The position numbers were made by a program, and so were the translations under genes. The notes under the pieces were generated by a model that saw nothing but the letters and a program-made list of their open reading frames with translations, made no database searches and had not been told where the DNA came from. This document shows, one piece after another, positions 1 through 7,665 of a DNA stretch of 47,845 nt (position 1 is its first letter; each line of letters begins with the position of its first letter). The stretch is taken from NCBI GenBank assembly GCA_041551115.1, contig JBFENN010000001.1, positions 1-47,845 on the forward strand, written 5' to 3'. The stretch is from Anaerolineales bacterium. GTDB taxonomy: Bacteria > Chloroflexota > Anaerolineae > Anaerolineales > UBA4823.

Positions 1-2457
1 CATCCTAATACCAGTGGACTGCAAGCTGGAAGCAGCTTATCTCCGATTCGATTATCAGCATTGGTCAATATTACTAGTACTACTCTGGTTACAAATACCG
101 CTGTGCTTGAAAATGCTAATGATGCGAATCCATTAAATGATGTCGCCTATGACCAAACACAAATCACAGGAGTTGACCTCTCGGTCTCAAAATCAGTTCA
201 ACCCGTTGTAGCCGCAGAGGGTAGTATCGTCACGTACACATTGCAGGTAGATAACTTAGGTCCACAGGATGCTACCTCCGTTGTTGTGACTGATGAACTG
301 CCTGATGACGTAACTTATGTCAGCGCGCAGCCATCGGGTGTCTATTCGCCGGCTACGGGCATATGGGCGATTGGAACTATCCTAAATGGGGATCAGGCCA
401 CATTAACACTGACAGCCCAAGTGAATTCAGGTACCAGCGGATCGACTATCACCAATTCGGTCGAAGGTATATCACTCGATCAAAACGACTATAACGTAGA
501 TAATAACTCCGATTCAGTCAATTTCTTCGTATCCGATACCAGCCTGATCGGACTTGTTACAGATGCTTCTAACGATGATCCTATTGAAGATGTCCTGATT
601 GAGTTTACCGACAATGCAAATGAACTTGTTTCCACGCATACAGATGCAAATGGTTGGTACACGTTCACCTCGACGATTACCAATCCAATAGCCTTGGGCC
701 AGGCGCAGTTGGTAGCGTCCTTGTCTGGATACCAAACAAAAAATTTAACCATCACGATAGCTGAGGGGCTGAACACCCAGAATATCGCCTTGGACACCAG
801 TGACCTGCTGCTCGAGATGTCAGATGGCAGGACCACAGTTATCCCAGGTCAAATTATTACTTATACAATTGATTTGAGTAATATTGGGACACTGACTGCC
901 AATAATGTCGTTATTACTGATGTATTCCCAGCCCAAATCACTTACATCACCGATACCCTGGATATCACCCACACGGTGCCTGCTGCACATACGTATGTTT
1001 GGAAATTTCCAAATAATTTCACACCGGATTACGAGACCTCATTTCAGATCAGGGCACAGGTTGATTACGCTCTTCCTAGTCCAGTAACGGTTCTCTCCAA
1101 CGCGGCTCGGGCTTCAACAACCAGCATTGAAGCGAATACAGACAACAATGTCGCCTTGGATACAAATACAAGCACTGGAACCGCCAATCCAAGCGTCACG
1201 CTCTCGGTTAGCCCCAGTCAAGCACGAACTAACCAAAATGTAACCTATACGATTGTGGTTAAGAACAATGGGACGGCTGCAGCAACGGACGTCATCGTCA
1301 CAGACACTTTCTCGAGCTATCTGAACATCCTGAGTGCAAAAACTACGAAAGGCACCGCAGTAGCCAATACTTCCACGCGCAAAGTAACCGTTACGATTGA
1401 TGTCTTGGATGTAGATGAGACGGCAACGATCACAGTAGTTGCTCGGGTTAATACCACCGCTAGCTCAAACCTCACCATAAGTAATTCTGCCTCGATGACG
1501 TATAAGTTTGGTGGGAGCACGTATTCGAAATCGTCGAACGTTGCCAGCTTCCAGCTTTTAGCGACATCTACTCTACCTGGCACAGGTGGTTTCGAAAAGA
1601 ACTCCTATCCAACCACGCCTTTTTGGCTTTCCCTGATAAGTGGAGTGTTGCTGGGTTTGGCTGGTTTGGTCGCAATTCTCTATGGTGTGTGGCGCTGGCG
1701 CAATAGTACAAAGTGGGATAGCTGGTATGTAAAGTTTGGCGTGCTTATGGCTGGTTCAGCAGCAATATTTCTGATAGCTGCGACCCTATTAAACTCGCTC
1801 TTTAGTGATAATAACCTAGCGCTTAATATGCTAGCGAATAAATCCTTGATTCAAGCAACACCAGTTGCTGAAAGCAGTGATCCGGAATATTGGGTTCAGT
1901 ACCTACAGACTGAAGAACCGGAAGTACTCCCTGATTTCCCAATCCCGGAACCAACCTTCCAACCAACAACCGCTCCTGAAGAGAAACCCCCGGACACCAG
2001 CCCGGTGAATAGGATCGCCATCCCGGCTATTAACTTGGATACCGTAGTTAAGTATGTTCCCTATGATGGATTGACCTGGCTGATTGGAGGGTTGAAGCAG
2101 GAAGTCGCCTGGATGGGGGACACATCCTGGCCTGGTCTAGGCGGTAATACTGGCCTGGCAGGTCATGTCACCCTGCGCAGTGGTGGGTTCGGTCCTTTCC
2201 AGAATTTATCATTTCTGCAAACTGGCGATCGAGTCTACCTCTACACTGAACAAAATGTGTATACTTATCGGGTCAGTGAACAACAAGTTATTGAAGAGAC
2301 CGATATGTCTGTGCTTAAGCCGACTGAAAATTCGACGATAACGTTAATAACCTGTACCGACTGGGATGCAAATACTGGATTTTATAAAAAACGTTTGGTT
2401 GTTGCTGCAGTGCTCGACGATATAGAAAATACTCAAGCGTTGAGCTTAAAACCTTAA
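1..2457 (+). CDS. DUF11-repeat cell-surface protein (5' end off the window) with LPGTG sorting signal, fused in frame to a C-terminal sortase domain
   Basis: Frame 1 has no stop from nt 1 to the TTG at 61, so the gene is truncated by the window edge. It has three repeats of the DUF11/TIGR01451-type pattern (e.g. GSIVTYTLQVDNLGPQDATSVVVTDELP, GQIITYTIDLSNIGTLTANNVVITDVFP, NQNVTYTIVVKNNGTAAATDVIVTDTF). There is also a Cna-B/CarboxypepD_reg-like stretch (GLVTDASNDDPIEDVLIEF..DANGWYTF). These are followed by LPGTG, two hydrophobic spans and sortase motifs (see sub-features). Confidence 0.8.
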   Translation, partial: HPNTSGLQAGSSLSPIRLSALVNITSTTLVTNTAVLENANDANPLNDVAYDQTQITGVDLSVSKSVQPVVAAEGSIVTYTLQVDNLGPQDATSVVVTDELPDDVTYVSAQPSGVYSPATGIWAIGTILNGDQATLTLTAQVNSGTSGSTITNSVEGISLDQNDYNVDNNSDSVNFFVSDTSLIGLVTDASNDDPIEDVLIEFTDNANELVSTHTDANGWYTFTSTITNPIALGQAQLVASLSGYQTKNLTITIAEGLNTQNIALDTSDLLLEMSDGRTTVIPGQIITYTIDLSNIGTLTANNVVITDVFPAQITYITDTLDITHTVPAAHTYVWKFPNNFTPDYETSFQIRAQVDYALPSPVTVLSNAARASTTSIEANTDNNVALDTNTSTGTANPSVTLSVSPSQARTNQNVTYTIVVKNNGTAAATDVIVTDTFSSYLNILSAKTTKGTAVANTSTRKVTVTIDVLDVDETATITVVARVNTTASSNLTISNSASMTYKFGGSTYSKSSNVASFQLLATSTLPGTGGFEKNSYPTTPFWLSLISGVLLGLAGLVAILYGVWRWRNSTKWDSWYVKFGVLMAGSAAIFLIAATLLNSLFSDNNLALNMLANKSLIQATPVAESSDPEYWVQYLQTEEPEVLPDFPIPEPTFQPTTAPEEKPPDTSPVNRIAIPAINLDTVVKYVPYDGLTWLIGGLKQEVAWMGDTSWPGLGGNTGLAGHVTLRSGGFGPFQNLSFLQTGDRVYLYTEQNVYTYRVSEQQVIEETDMSVLKPTENSTITLITCTDWDANTGFYKKRLVVAAVLDDIENTQALSLKP
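1573..1803 (+). other. Sortase sorting signal (LPGTG, TM, basic patch) followed by a second TM span (hinge)
   Basis: LPGTG is encoded at 1573-1587. It is followed by the hydrophobic span FWLSLISGVLLGLAGLVAILYGVW, the basic patch RWRNSTK, and a second hydrophobic span FGVLMAGSAAIFLIAATLL. The order out-TM-in(+)-TM-out is topologically coherent. Confidence 0.75.
2008..2457 (+). other. Sortase catalytic domain portion of the fusion ORF
   Basis: The sortase catalytic triad context is present. GLAGHV carries the His (codon 2164-2166), ITLITCTDW is the TLxTC Cys motif (2341-2355), and KKRLVV carries the conserved Arg. The domain is preceded by a Pro-rich linker (PDFPIPEPTFQPTTAPEEKPPDTSP). Confidence 0.8.
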
Positions 2458-2511
2458 GGTCAGGCTGAATCCTTGATTAATGGATATCCTGACTAGCTAC
2501 TGTAAGGAAGT

Positions 2512-3201
2512 ATGAGAAAACCGAGAATACTTTTTGCCGATGATGACCCAGAAATCCACAATCTGATTGCGGTAGTTCTACAGGATGAGGGGTACGAGAT
2601 CATCACGGCTGATAATGGCCTGCAAGCTACAGAAATTTGGCGCTCTTACCCGATCCACCTGGTCATTCTGGATATCAATATGCCGGTCATGGATGGTTTG
2701 GAAGCCTGCCGCTGGATCCGGAAACGATCCGATGTCCCGATCATGATGCTGACAGCCTTGGACAACGAGCAGGATATTGTAAATGGATTGGAAGCGGGGG
2801 CGGATGATTACATCGTTAAACCGTTCCGGCAAAGTGAATTTATCGCCCGGATCGAGGCGATTCTGCGGCGCTCTTATCGTCAAGAAAAACCTGGTGATGG
2901 AAGATTGTTCTACGATAAACTGCTTCTGGATATGGATGCCCGGAGGCTGCAGCTGAAGGGAAAGACGATCCAGATCAGCCCGTTAGAATTCCGATTGCTG
3001 CGATATCTGATGGGGCATATTGGGGTAGTGGTATCCAAGGAAGAACTGCTGCAGAAAGTCTGGGGCTATGAGGTTATCGAGAACGATCTTAACCTTGTTG
3101 AAGCAACGATCCGCCGGCTGCGCAAAAAACTTGAAATGGATCCTTCACGGCCACACTACATCAAGACGGTCTGGGGTGCTGGCTATCGTTTTGGGGGCTA
3201 G
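2512..3201 (+). CDS. OmpR/PhoB-family response regulator (receiver + winged-helix)
   Basis: The receiver has the acidic pocket ADDDP, the phospho-acceptor context LVILDINMPVMDG, and LTA...KPF. The C-terminal winged-helix ends in the typical TVWGAGYRFGG. No histidine kinase is adjacent. Confidence 0.9.
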   Translation: MRKPRILFADDDPEIHNLIAVVLQDEGYEIITADNGLQATEIWRSYPIHLVILDINMPVMDGLEACRWIRKRSDVPIMMLTALDNEQDIVNGLEAGADDYIVKPFRQSEFIARIEAILRRSYRQEKPGDGRLFYDKLLLDMDARRLQLKGKTIQISPLEFRLLRYLMGHIGVVVSKEELLQKVWGYEVIENDLNLVEATIRRLRKKLEMDPSRPHYIKTVWGAGYRFGG

Positions 3202-3222
3202 TATAGTTTTTCTGATGTGAAC

Positions 3223-3239
3223 TGTCAGAAAATTGTCAG
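3223..3239 (+). promoter_or_regulatory. Direct repeat TGTCAG-N5-TGTCAG (11-bp register), candidate response-regulator box upstream of the 3340 gene
   Basis: TGTCAG occurs at 3223-3228 and 3234-3239, one helical turn apart. This is the spacing used by OmpR/PhoB-type regulators. A TATAAT lies at 3262-3267 with no good -35, which would fit an activator-dependent promoter. The hexamer is short and chance occurrence is plausible. Confidence 0.3.
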
Positions 3240-3339
3240 TTAAATTATCACAGATTGCGTATATAATTGGGATAGATTATTAAGCTATGGTTAAGTCGTT
3301 ATTCCTACAGCATCTGAACAATTATCAGGAGGTCTTCCC

Positions 3340-4056
3340 ATGTATCGCAATTTTCGTAGAGCCTCAATTATCGCAATAGCATTGGTGGTGCTTATATTTG
3401 GTGTTGCTTTTGCTGCCATCCTTGAACAGGTGACGCTTCAGGATGACTATGTTGTAAGCTACCTAGGTTTTGAAAATACAAGTCATACTAATGTCACAAA
3501 GTGGACGTATGCTGTAACAGAGCCTCCTTCACCTCCTACAGGTGGTGGACTCAGCCATTGGACGTTGGGGGTGTGTACATCTTTCAAGCTTAAGGATCCG
3601 CAGTTCAATATTGTGGATGCGTATGAGACAACGACTGTAACTGATATACCTGAATGTACAGATGGGGTGACATTTAATTGTGCGGAAGCTGACTATCAAG
3701 TAAGCTTTGGGAATGATGGCAGTACTGGTGTGTATGGAGTGAAATTCGAACCCAAAACTCCTGATGACCAACTTGTGGGGCAAACTCCCCAGCGAACGCA
3801 CGTCTTTCAATTCTTAATCTTCCATCCAGATGGATTCCAGGAGTCTCCCGGGGACGTAGTGGTCAAAACAGGGAATGGCGGGCTAGTTGGTGCTATAAAG
3901 GGTCCACAGTGTCCTCCAACCGCAGTCAGCTTGGCTTCCTTCGGGGCCTCGAACGGTCAGTCCTCGCTCCATTATGGTCTGATACTGATTTTGGCAGCCG
4001 GTTTGTTACTTCTCGTGGGCGGCAGTTCCTATATCATTGCCCGGCGAATGGCATAA
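3340..4056 (+). CDS. Hypothetical secreted / cell-surface protein with C-terminal TM anchor and basic tail
   Basis: There is a good RBS (caggagg) 8 nt upstream of the ATG. The N-terminus looks like a signal or anchor sequence (IIAIALVVLIFGVAFAA). The C-terminus is tripartite: PTAVSLASFGA motif, hydrophobic LILILAAGLLLLVGG, then ARRMA. I recognise no family. Confidence 0.6.
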   Translation: MYRNFRRASIIAIALVVLIFGVAFAAILEQVTLQDDYVVSYLGFENTSHTNVTKWTYAVTEPPSPPTGGGLSHWTLGVCTSFKLKDPQFNIVDAYETTTVTDIPECTDGVTFNCAEADYQVSFGNDGSTGVYGVKFEPKTPDDQLVGQTPQRTHVFQFLIFHPDGFQESPGDVVVKTGNGGLVGAIKGPQCPPTAVSLASFGASNGQSSLHYGLILILAAGLLLLVGGSSYIIARRMA

Positions 4057-4105
4057 CACAACACACCGAAAATACCTGGATTATGATATAGATAGGAGAG
4101 CAATC

Positions 4106-4234
4106 ATTAACGAGAAGAATGAACGCAAACAGTACGAAGAGCCTGAGATCATCTTTGAAACTGAACTCGAGACTCGGGCGGGATCACCCACGTTTTTAGA
4201 TGCGTTTGATTGGGAAGACGATCTAGACTGGTAG
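4106..4234 (+). CDS. Candidate small acidic peptide (42 aa from ATT 4106, or 65 aa from TTG 4037), lasso-peptide-like leader/core pattern
   Basis: The frame has no in-frame ATG or GTG. The options are TTG at 4037 (overlapping the upstream stop) or ATT at 4106, which lies 6 nt after a strong AGGAGA (4094-4099). The sequence is ..KQYEEPEIIFETELETR/AGSPTFLDAFDWEDDLDW. A strong terminator follows at 4275-4310. Coding status is uncertain. Confidence 0.25.
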   Translation: MNEKNERKQYEEPEIIFETELETRAGSPTFLDAFDWEDDLDW

Positions 4235-4274
4235 GAAATATACTTCGTTTACTCGAAATTCTTAACGGTATCTG

Positions 4275-4310
4275 TAGCCCTTCATGGTTGCCATGGAGGG
4301 CTATTTTTTA
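4275..4310 (+). terminator. Rho-independent terminator for the 3340-4234 transcription unit
   Basis: A 13-bp stem pairs tagcccttcatgg (4275-4287) with ccatggagggcta (4291-4303), including one G-U pair. The loop is short and a T6 run follows (4304-4309). The right arm overlaps the stop codon of the convergent amidohydrolase gene. Confidence 0.6.
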
Positions 4311-5884
4311 TAAATCCATTCACCTGCGAGCATCGTCGCAATAGGCATAATCTCTGGCAGCATGTTGATCTTACTGTTAAAAGGATCTCCATCAAGGACG
4401 ACCAAATCAGCGAAGTAATTTTTCTTTATCACCCCTGACATGTGTTCAATACCCGCCGCGTAGGCTGGTCCGATTGTATAAGCTTTGAACGCGTCTGTGA
4501 TGGAGATTTTTTGCTCTGGATACCAGCCAACTGGGTCTGGGGAACCATCTCTCCGCTGGCGGGTTACGGCGGCATGGATCCCAAGAAATGGATTGGGAGA
4601 TTCCACTGGAGCATCAGATCCAAATGCCAAGATTGCACTCTCACCTAATTGTGTCTTCCAGGCATAGGCGAATTTTGAGCGCGTTCCCCAATATCGTTCA
4701 GCCATGTACATATCCGATACGGCATGGGTAGGCTGCATCGATGCGACAATGCGAAGGTCTGCGAGACGATGGTGGTCCGCCGGGTGGAGCAGCTGGACGT
4801 GTTCGATCCGGTGCCGCAGGTGCTCTAGGTCGTTTTCGATTTCGAATGCTCGCAAAGCAGCATAAGCATCTAGGACTTCATGGTTGGCACGGTCACCAAT
4901 TGCATGGACAGCCATACTTAGCCCATGCAGGCTGGCTTTGCTGCTCAGTTCAAATAACTGCTCGCTGTCGAGCATTAACATTCCACAGTTCTCTTCTTCA
5001 CCTTCATACGAACTCAGCAATGCGGCGGTTCTCGGACCCAGCGCGCCATCTGCAAACGCTTTTATCCCACCCACTCGCAGGAAATCGTTCCCAAACCCAC
5101 TTCGCAATCCAAGGGCGATGGCATCATCCAAATCCTCCATGGGGATGCTTTTCAGGACACGGAGCTTCAAATTTCCATCATTTTGCAGATTTTGGAGTGC
5201 GATAAAAGAGCTTCGGCGGTCGAAATCATGAACACCGGTCAAGCCGAGTTGCCACAAGGTTGGAATCGCAGCCTTGATCGCCTGGGTGATATGCGTTTGG
5301 CTGGGTTTGGGTATGCAGTTTGCGACCAATTCCATTGCTGTCTCGAACAAGATACCGGTCGCTCTGCCGTTCTGGTCTCTCTCTATCCGTCCATTGGGAG
5401 GATCCGGTGTATTGTCATCAATGCCCGCATGCTGCAGTGCAGTCCGATTCACCCAGGCTGCGTGGAGCGATTTCGCGGTCAGATATACTGGATTGTCCGG
5501 GGCTATGCGTTGCAGATCAGATGCATTCCCAAAACCTGTTTGCCAGTCATTCTGGTTCCAGCCGTGCCCGATGATCCACCGACCGGGCGAAGTGGTCGTA
5601 ACGGCTTGGGAAGCCTGTTCAATGCAGGCTGCTTTTGTAGGTGTCTCACAATTTACGCGCTGCAAGGATAAGGCGTACTGCTCAAGGTGGAAATGAGCAT
5701 CAACAAGACCTGGGAGTATGACCGCGCCATGTAAATCTTCAACTTCGCAGCCTGGTCGATTGTATGCCGATACTAGGGTGCTGTCTCCAACGGCAAGGAA
5801 AACACCTTTGTCGATTACCAGAGTATTAGCTTGTTGGTTGTGAGTGTCGAGGGTATGAATTATCGCGTTGGTTAGGATGCGCAT
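4301..5884 (-). CDS. Metal-dependent amidohydrolase (Amidohydro_3 / YtcJ-like)
   Basis: The N-terminal HxH metal motif is present in LPGLVDAHFHL. Further ligand contexts are AVHAIGD, IEHVQLL and a distal GSDAPVE. The length (527 aa) is typical for the family. Confidence 0.85.
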   Translation of the reverse strand: MRILTNAIIHTLDTHNQQANTLVIDKGVFLAVGDSTLVSAYNRPGCEVEDLHGAVILPGLVDAHFHLEQYALSLQRVNCETPTKAACIEQASQAVTTTSPGRWIIGHGWNQNDWQTGFGNASDLQRIAPDNPVYLTAKSLHAAWVNRTALQHAGIDDNTPDPPNGRIERDQNGRATGILFETAMELVANCIPKPSQTHITQAIKAAIPTLWQLGLTGVHDFDRRSSFIALQNLQNDGNLKLRVLKSIPMEDLDDAIALGLRSGFGNDFLRVGGIKAFADGALGPRTAALLSSYEGEEENCGMLMLDSEQLFELSSKASLHGLSMAVHAIGDRANHEVLDAYAALRAFEIENDLEHLRHRIEHVQLLHPADHHRLADLRIVASMQPTHAVSDMYMAERYWGTRSKFAYAWKTQLGESAILAFGSDAPVESPNPFLGIHAAVTRQRRDGSPDPVGWYPEQKISITDAFKAYTIGPAYAAGIEHMSGVIKKNYFADLVVLDGDPFNSKINMLPEIMPIATMLAGEWIYKK

Positions 5885-6004
5885 ATACGTCTACGGCGGG
5901 GGTGCCTACATAATTGAAAAGAACAACCAGTGTTCAACTGCCCCAAGAATGATCAGCAGGAACCCACAGAGTGATTTGTGAGAAGCTTATTATTCCGAAA
6001 GGTT

Positions 6005-6865
6005 CTAACTGGCATCGCCGAAAAGTGTATCGATGATGTGATTTAGTTCTTCTTCTGAATAGTAGTGGATAACGACAGAACCGCCGTTTTTACGGCGATG
6101 AATGTTCACTTTTGTGCCCAGGCGAGTTCGCAATTTAGCTTCTAAATCAGAAACTTCCGGTGATGTGGGAGGGATGGATGTTTTCCTTTCTGCTGTTTGA
6201 CCAGAGAGCTTGCGGATATATTCTTCCGTTTGCCGGACATTTAATTCCTTCCGGATAATGGTGTCTAGGGCTGCATCCTGGGCTTGCTGATGCCGGAGAG
6301 CAAGTAATGCGCGGGCATGACCTTCAGAGATCTGATCGTTGACTATTGCATCCTGGACTTGCTGTGATAGCTGCAGCAACCTGATTGTATTCGTTATTGT
6401 GACCCGACTTTTACCAACCCGATTAGCAATCTCTTCGTGAGAAAGATCAAAATCATCAACCATCTGGCGGTAAGCTTCGGCAGCTTCCAAAGGGTTTAGA
6501 TCGCTGCGCTGTACATTTTCAATTAAGGCTAGCTCGAGTCTTTGCTGTTCGGTGGCTTCACGAATAATCACCGGGACATGTGATAAGTTTGCTAACTTAG
6601 CTGCAATAAGTCTGCGCTCGCCCGCGATTAAAGTATATGAATCGCTAATATTGTTATAAGTTACGATTAAGGGCTGGATGATGCCATGGGCGGTGATCGA
6701 TTCAGCGAGCTCATTCATCTCTTCGTCAATAAAGGATGCTCTAGGTTGGCGTGGGTTTGGATAGATTTTCTGGATAGCGACTTCTAGTTGGGGCTGCTGG
6801 AGGTCTGCATCTGGGACCGGAATTAGTGCATCCAACCCTCGACCTAATCCTTTTCTACGAGCCAT
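6005..6865 (-). CDS. parB: Chromosome partitioning protein ParB/Spo0J
   Basis: The N-terminus GLGRGLDALI, ParB box IAGERRLIAAKLA, and HTH region SHEEIANRVGKSRVTITNTIRLL are all present. The gene overlaps parA by 11 nt. Confidence 0.95.
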   Translation of the reverse strand: MARRKGLGRGLDALIPVPDADLQQPQLEVAIQKIYPNPRQPRASFIDEEMNELAESITAHGIIQPLIVTYNNISDSYTLIAGERRLIAAKLANLSHVPVIIREATEQQRLELALIENVQRSDLNPLEAAEAYRQMVDDFDLSHEEIANRVGKSRVTITNTIRLLQLSQQVQDAIVNDQISEGHARALLALRHQQAQDAALDTIIRKELNVRQTEEYIRKLSGQTAERKTSIPPTSPEVSDLEAKLRTRLGTKVNIHRRKNGGSVVIHYYSEEELNHIIDTLFGDAS

Positions 6866-7661
6866 AGAACTCTTCCTGCAAGACTGGGATGTCTATGCCA
6901 TCACCAACCAGGATTTCACGGGTGAGCTGAGCATAGGCTAACGCTCCTGTTGAAGTGGGGGCATATATCGATATTGGTTGTCCGTAAGAGGGGGCTTCTG
7001 CCAGACGGACGCTGCGGGGGATAATCGTATTGAAAACACGCGTCTTAAAATAGTCTTTAACTTCGGCGATTACATCATTTGAAAGGTTAGTGCGTTGGTC
7101 ATGCATCGTAAGAACGACACCGCGGATGTCTAAATCTGTTGCAAATGCCTTTCTGACCCGAGCAAGTGTTTGAGTCAGTTGTCCAATCCCCTCGAGCGCA
7201 AGGTATTCACACTGCACCGGAATAATAACCCCGTCTCGGGCGGCTACCAAGCCGTTCAATGTTAAAAATCCAAGCGACGGGGGGCAGTCAACTACGATGT
7301 AATCATAACGGTCCACCAAACTTGTGAGCGCGTTGGTCAATCGAAATTCTCGCTCATTGGCGGTAACAAGCTCGACTTCAGCACCAGCTAAAGCTGGAGA
7401 GGAGGGGAGCAGGGATACTTTTAAGCGTGGGTTATGGAGTATATGCTGAGAAATTTCCACTGAATCAAGCAGTACTTCATATGTCCCCCCTTTGATCAAG
7501 TTCTTGTCAACACCGAGGCTGGAGGTGGCGTTGGCCTGAGGATCAATATCGATCAATAAAACGCGCTGCTCAAAACTTGCCAGGTATGCACCGATGTTTA
7601 TGGCGGTTGTAGTTTTCCCGACCCCACCTTTCTGGTTCACTAGCGTATAGATTTTTCCCAT
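6855..7661 (-). CDS. parA: Chromosome partitioning ATPase ParA/Soj
   Basis: It has the deviant Walker A NQKGGVGKTTTAINI and Walker B YIVVDCPPS. The C-terminal region RSVRLAEAPSYGQPI is typical of the family. Confidence 0.95.
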   Translation of the reverse strand: MGKIYTLVNQKGGVGKTTTAINIGAYLASFEQRVLLIDIDPQANATSSLGVDKNLIKGGTYEVLLDSVEISQHILHNPRLKVSLLPSSPALAGAEVELVTANEREFRLTNALTSLVDRYDYIVVDCPPSLGFLTLNGLVAARDGVIIPVQCEYLALEGIGQLTQTLARVRKAFATDLDIRGVVLTMHDQRTNLSNDVIAEVKDYFKTRVFNTIIPRSVRLAEAPSYGQPISIYAPTSTGALAYAQLTREILVGDGIDIPVLQEEFYGS

Positions 7662-7665
7662 TCAG

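Noticed and set aside
489-1583. Minus- and plus-strand ORFs (60-115 aa) inside the DUF11/sortase gene
   Set aside because: They lie inside a strongly supported CDS with repeat-domain structure and have no motifs, so they are shadow frames.
4119-4196. Alternative 25-aa ATG-initiated frame (MNANSTKSLRSSLKLNSRLGRDHPRF) overlapping the lasso-like ORF
   Set aside because: It is short with a poor RBS and no recognisable pattern. It is noted only because the preferred frame lacks an ATG or GTG start.
4442-5696. Stack of long plus-strand ORFs (68-162 aa) overlapping each other inside the amidohydrolase gene
   Set aside because: They are mutually overlapping and antisense to a gene with clear amidohydrolase motifs. 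Their Arg/Gly/Ala/Pro-rich, low-complexity composition is typical of shadow ORFs in GC-rich DNA. None has an RBS or motifs.
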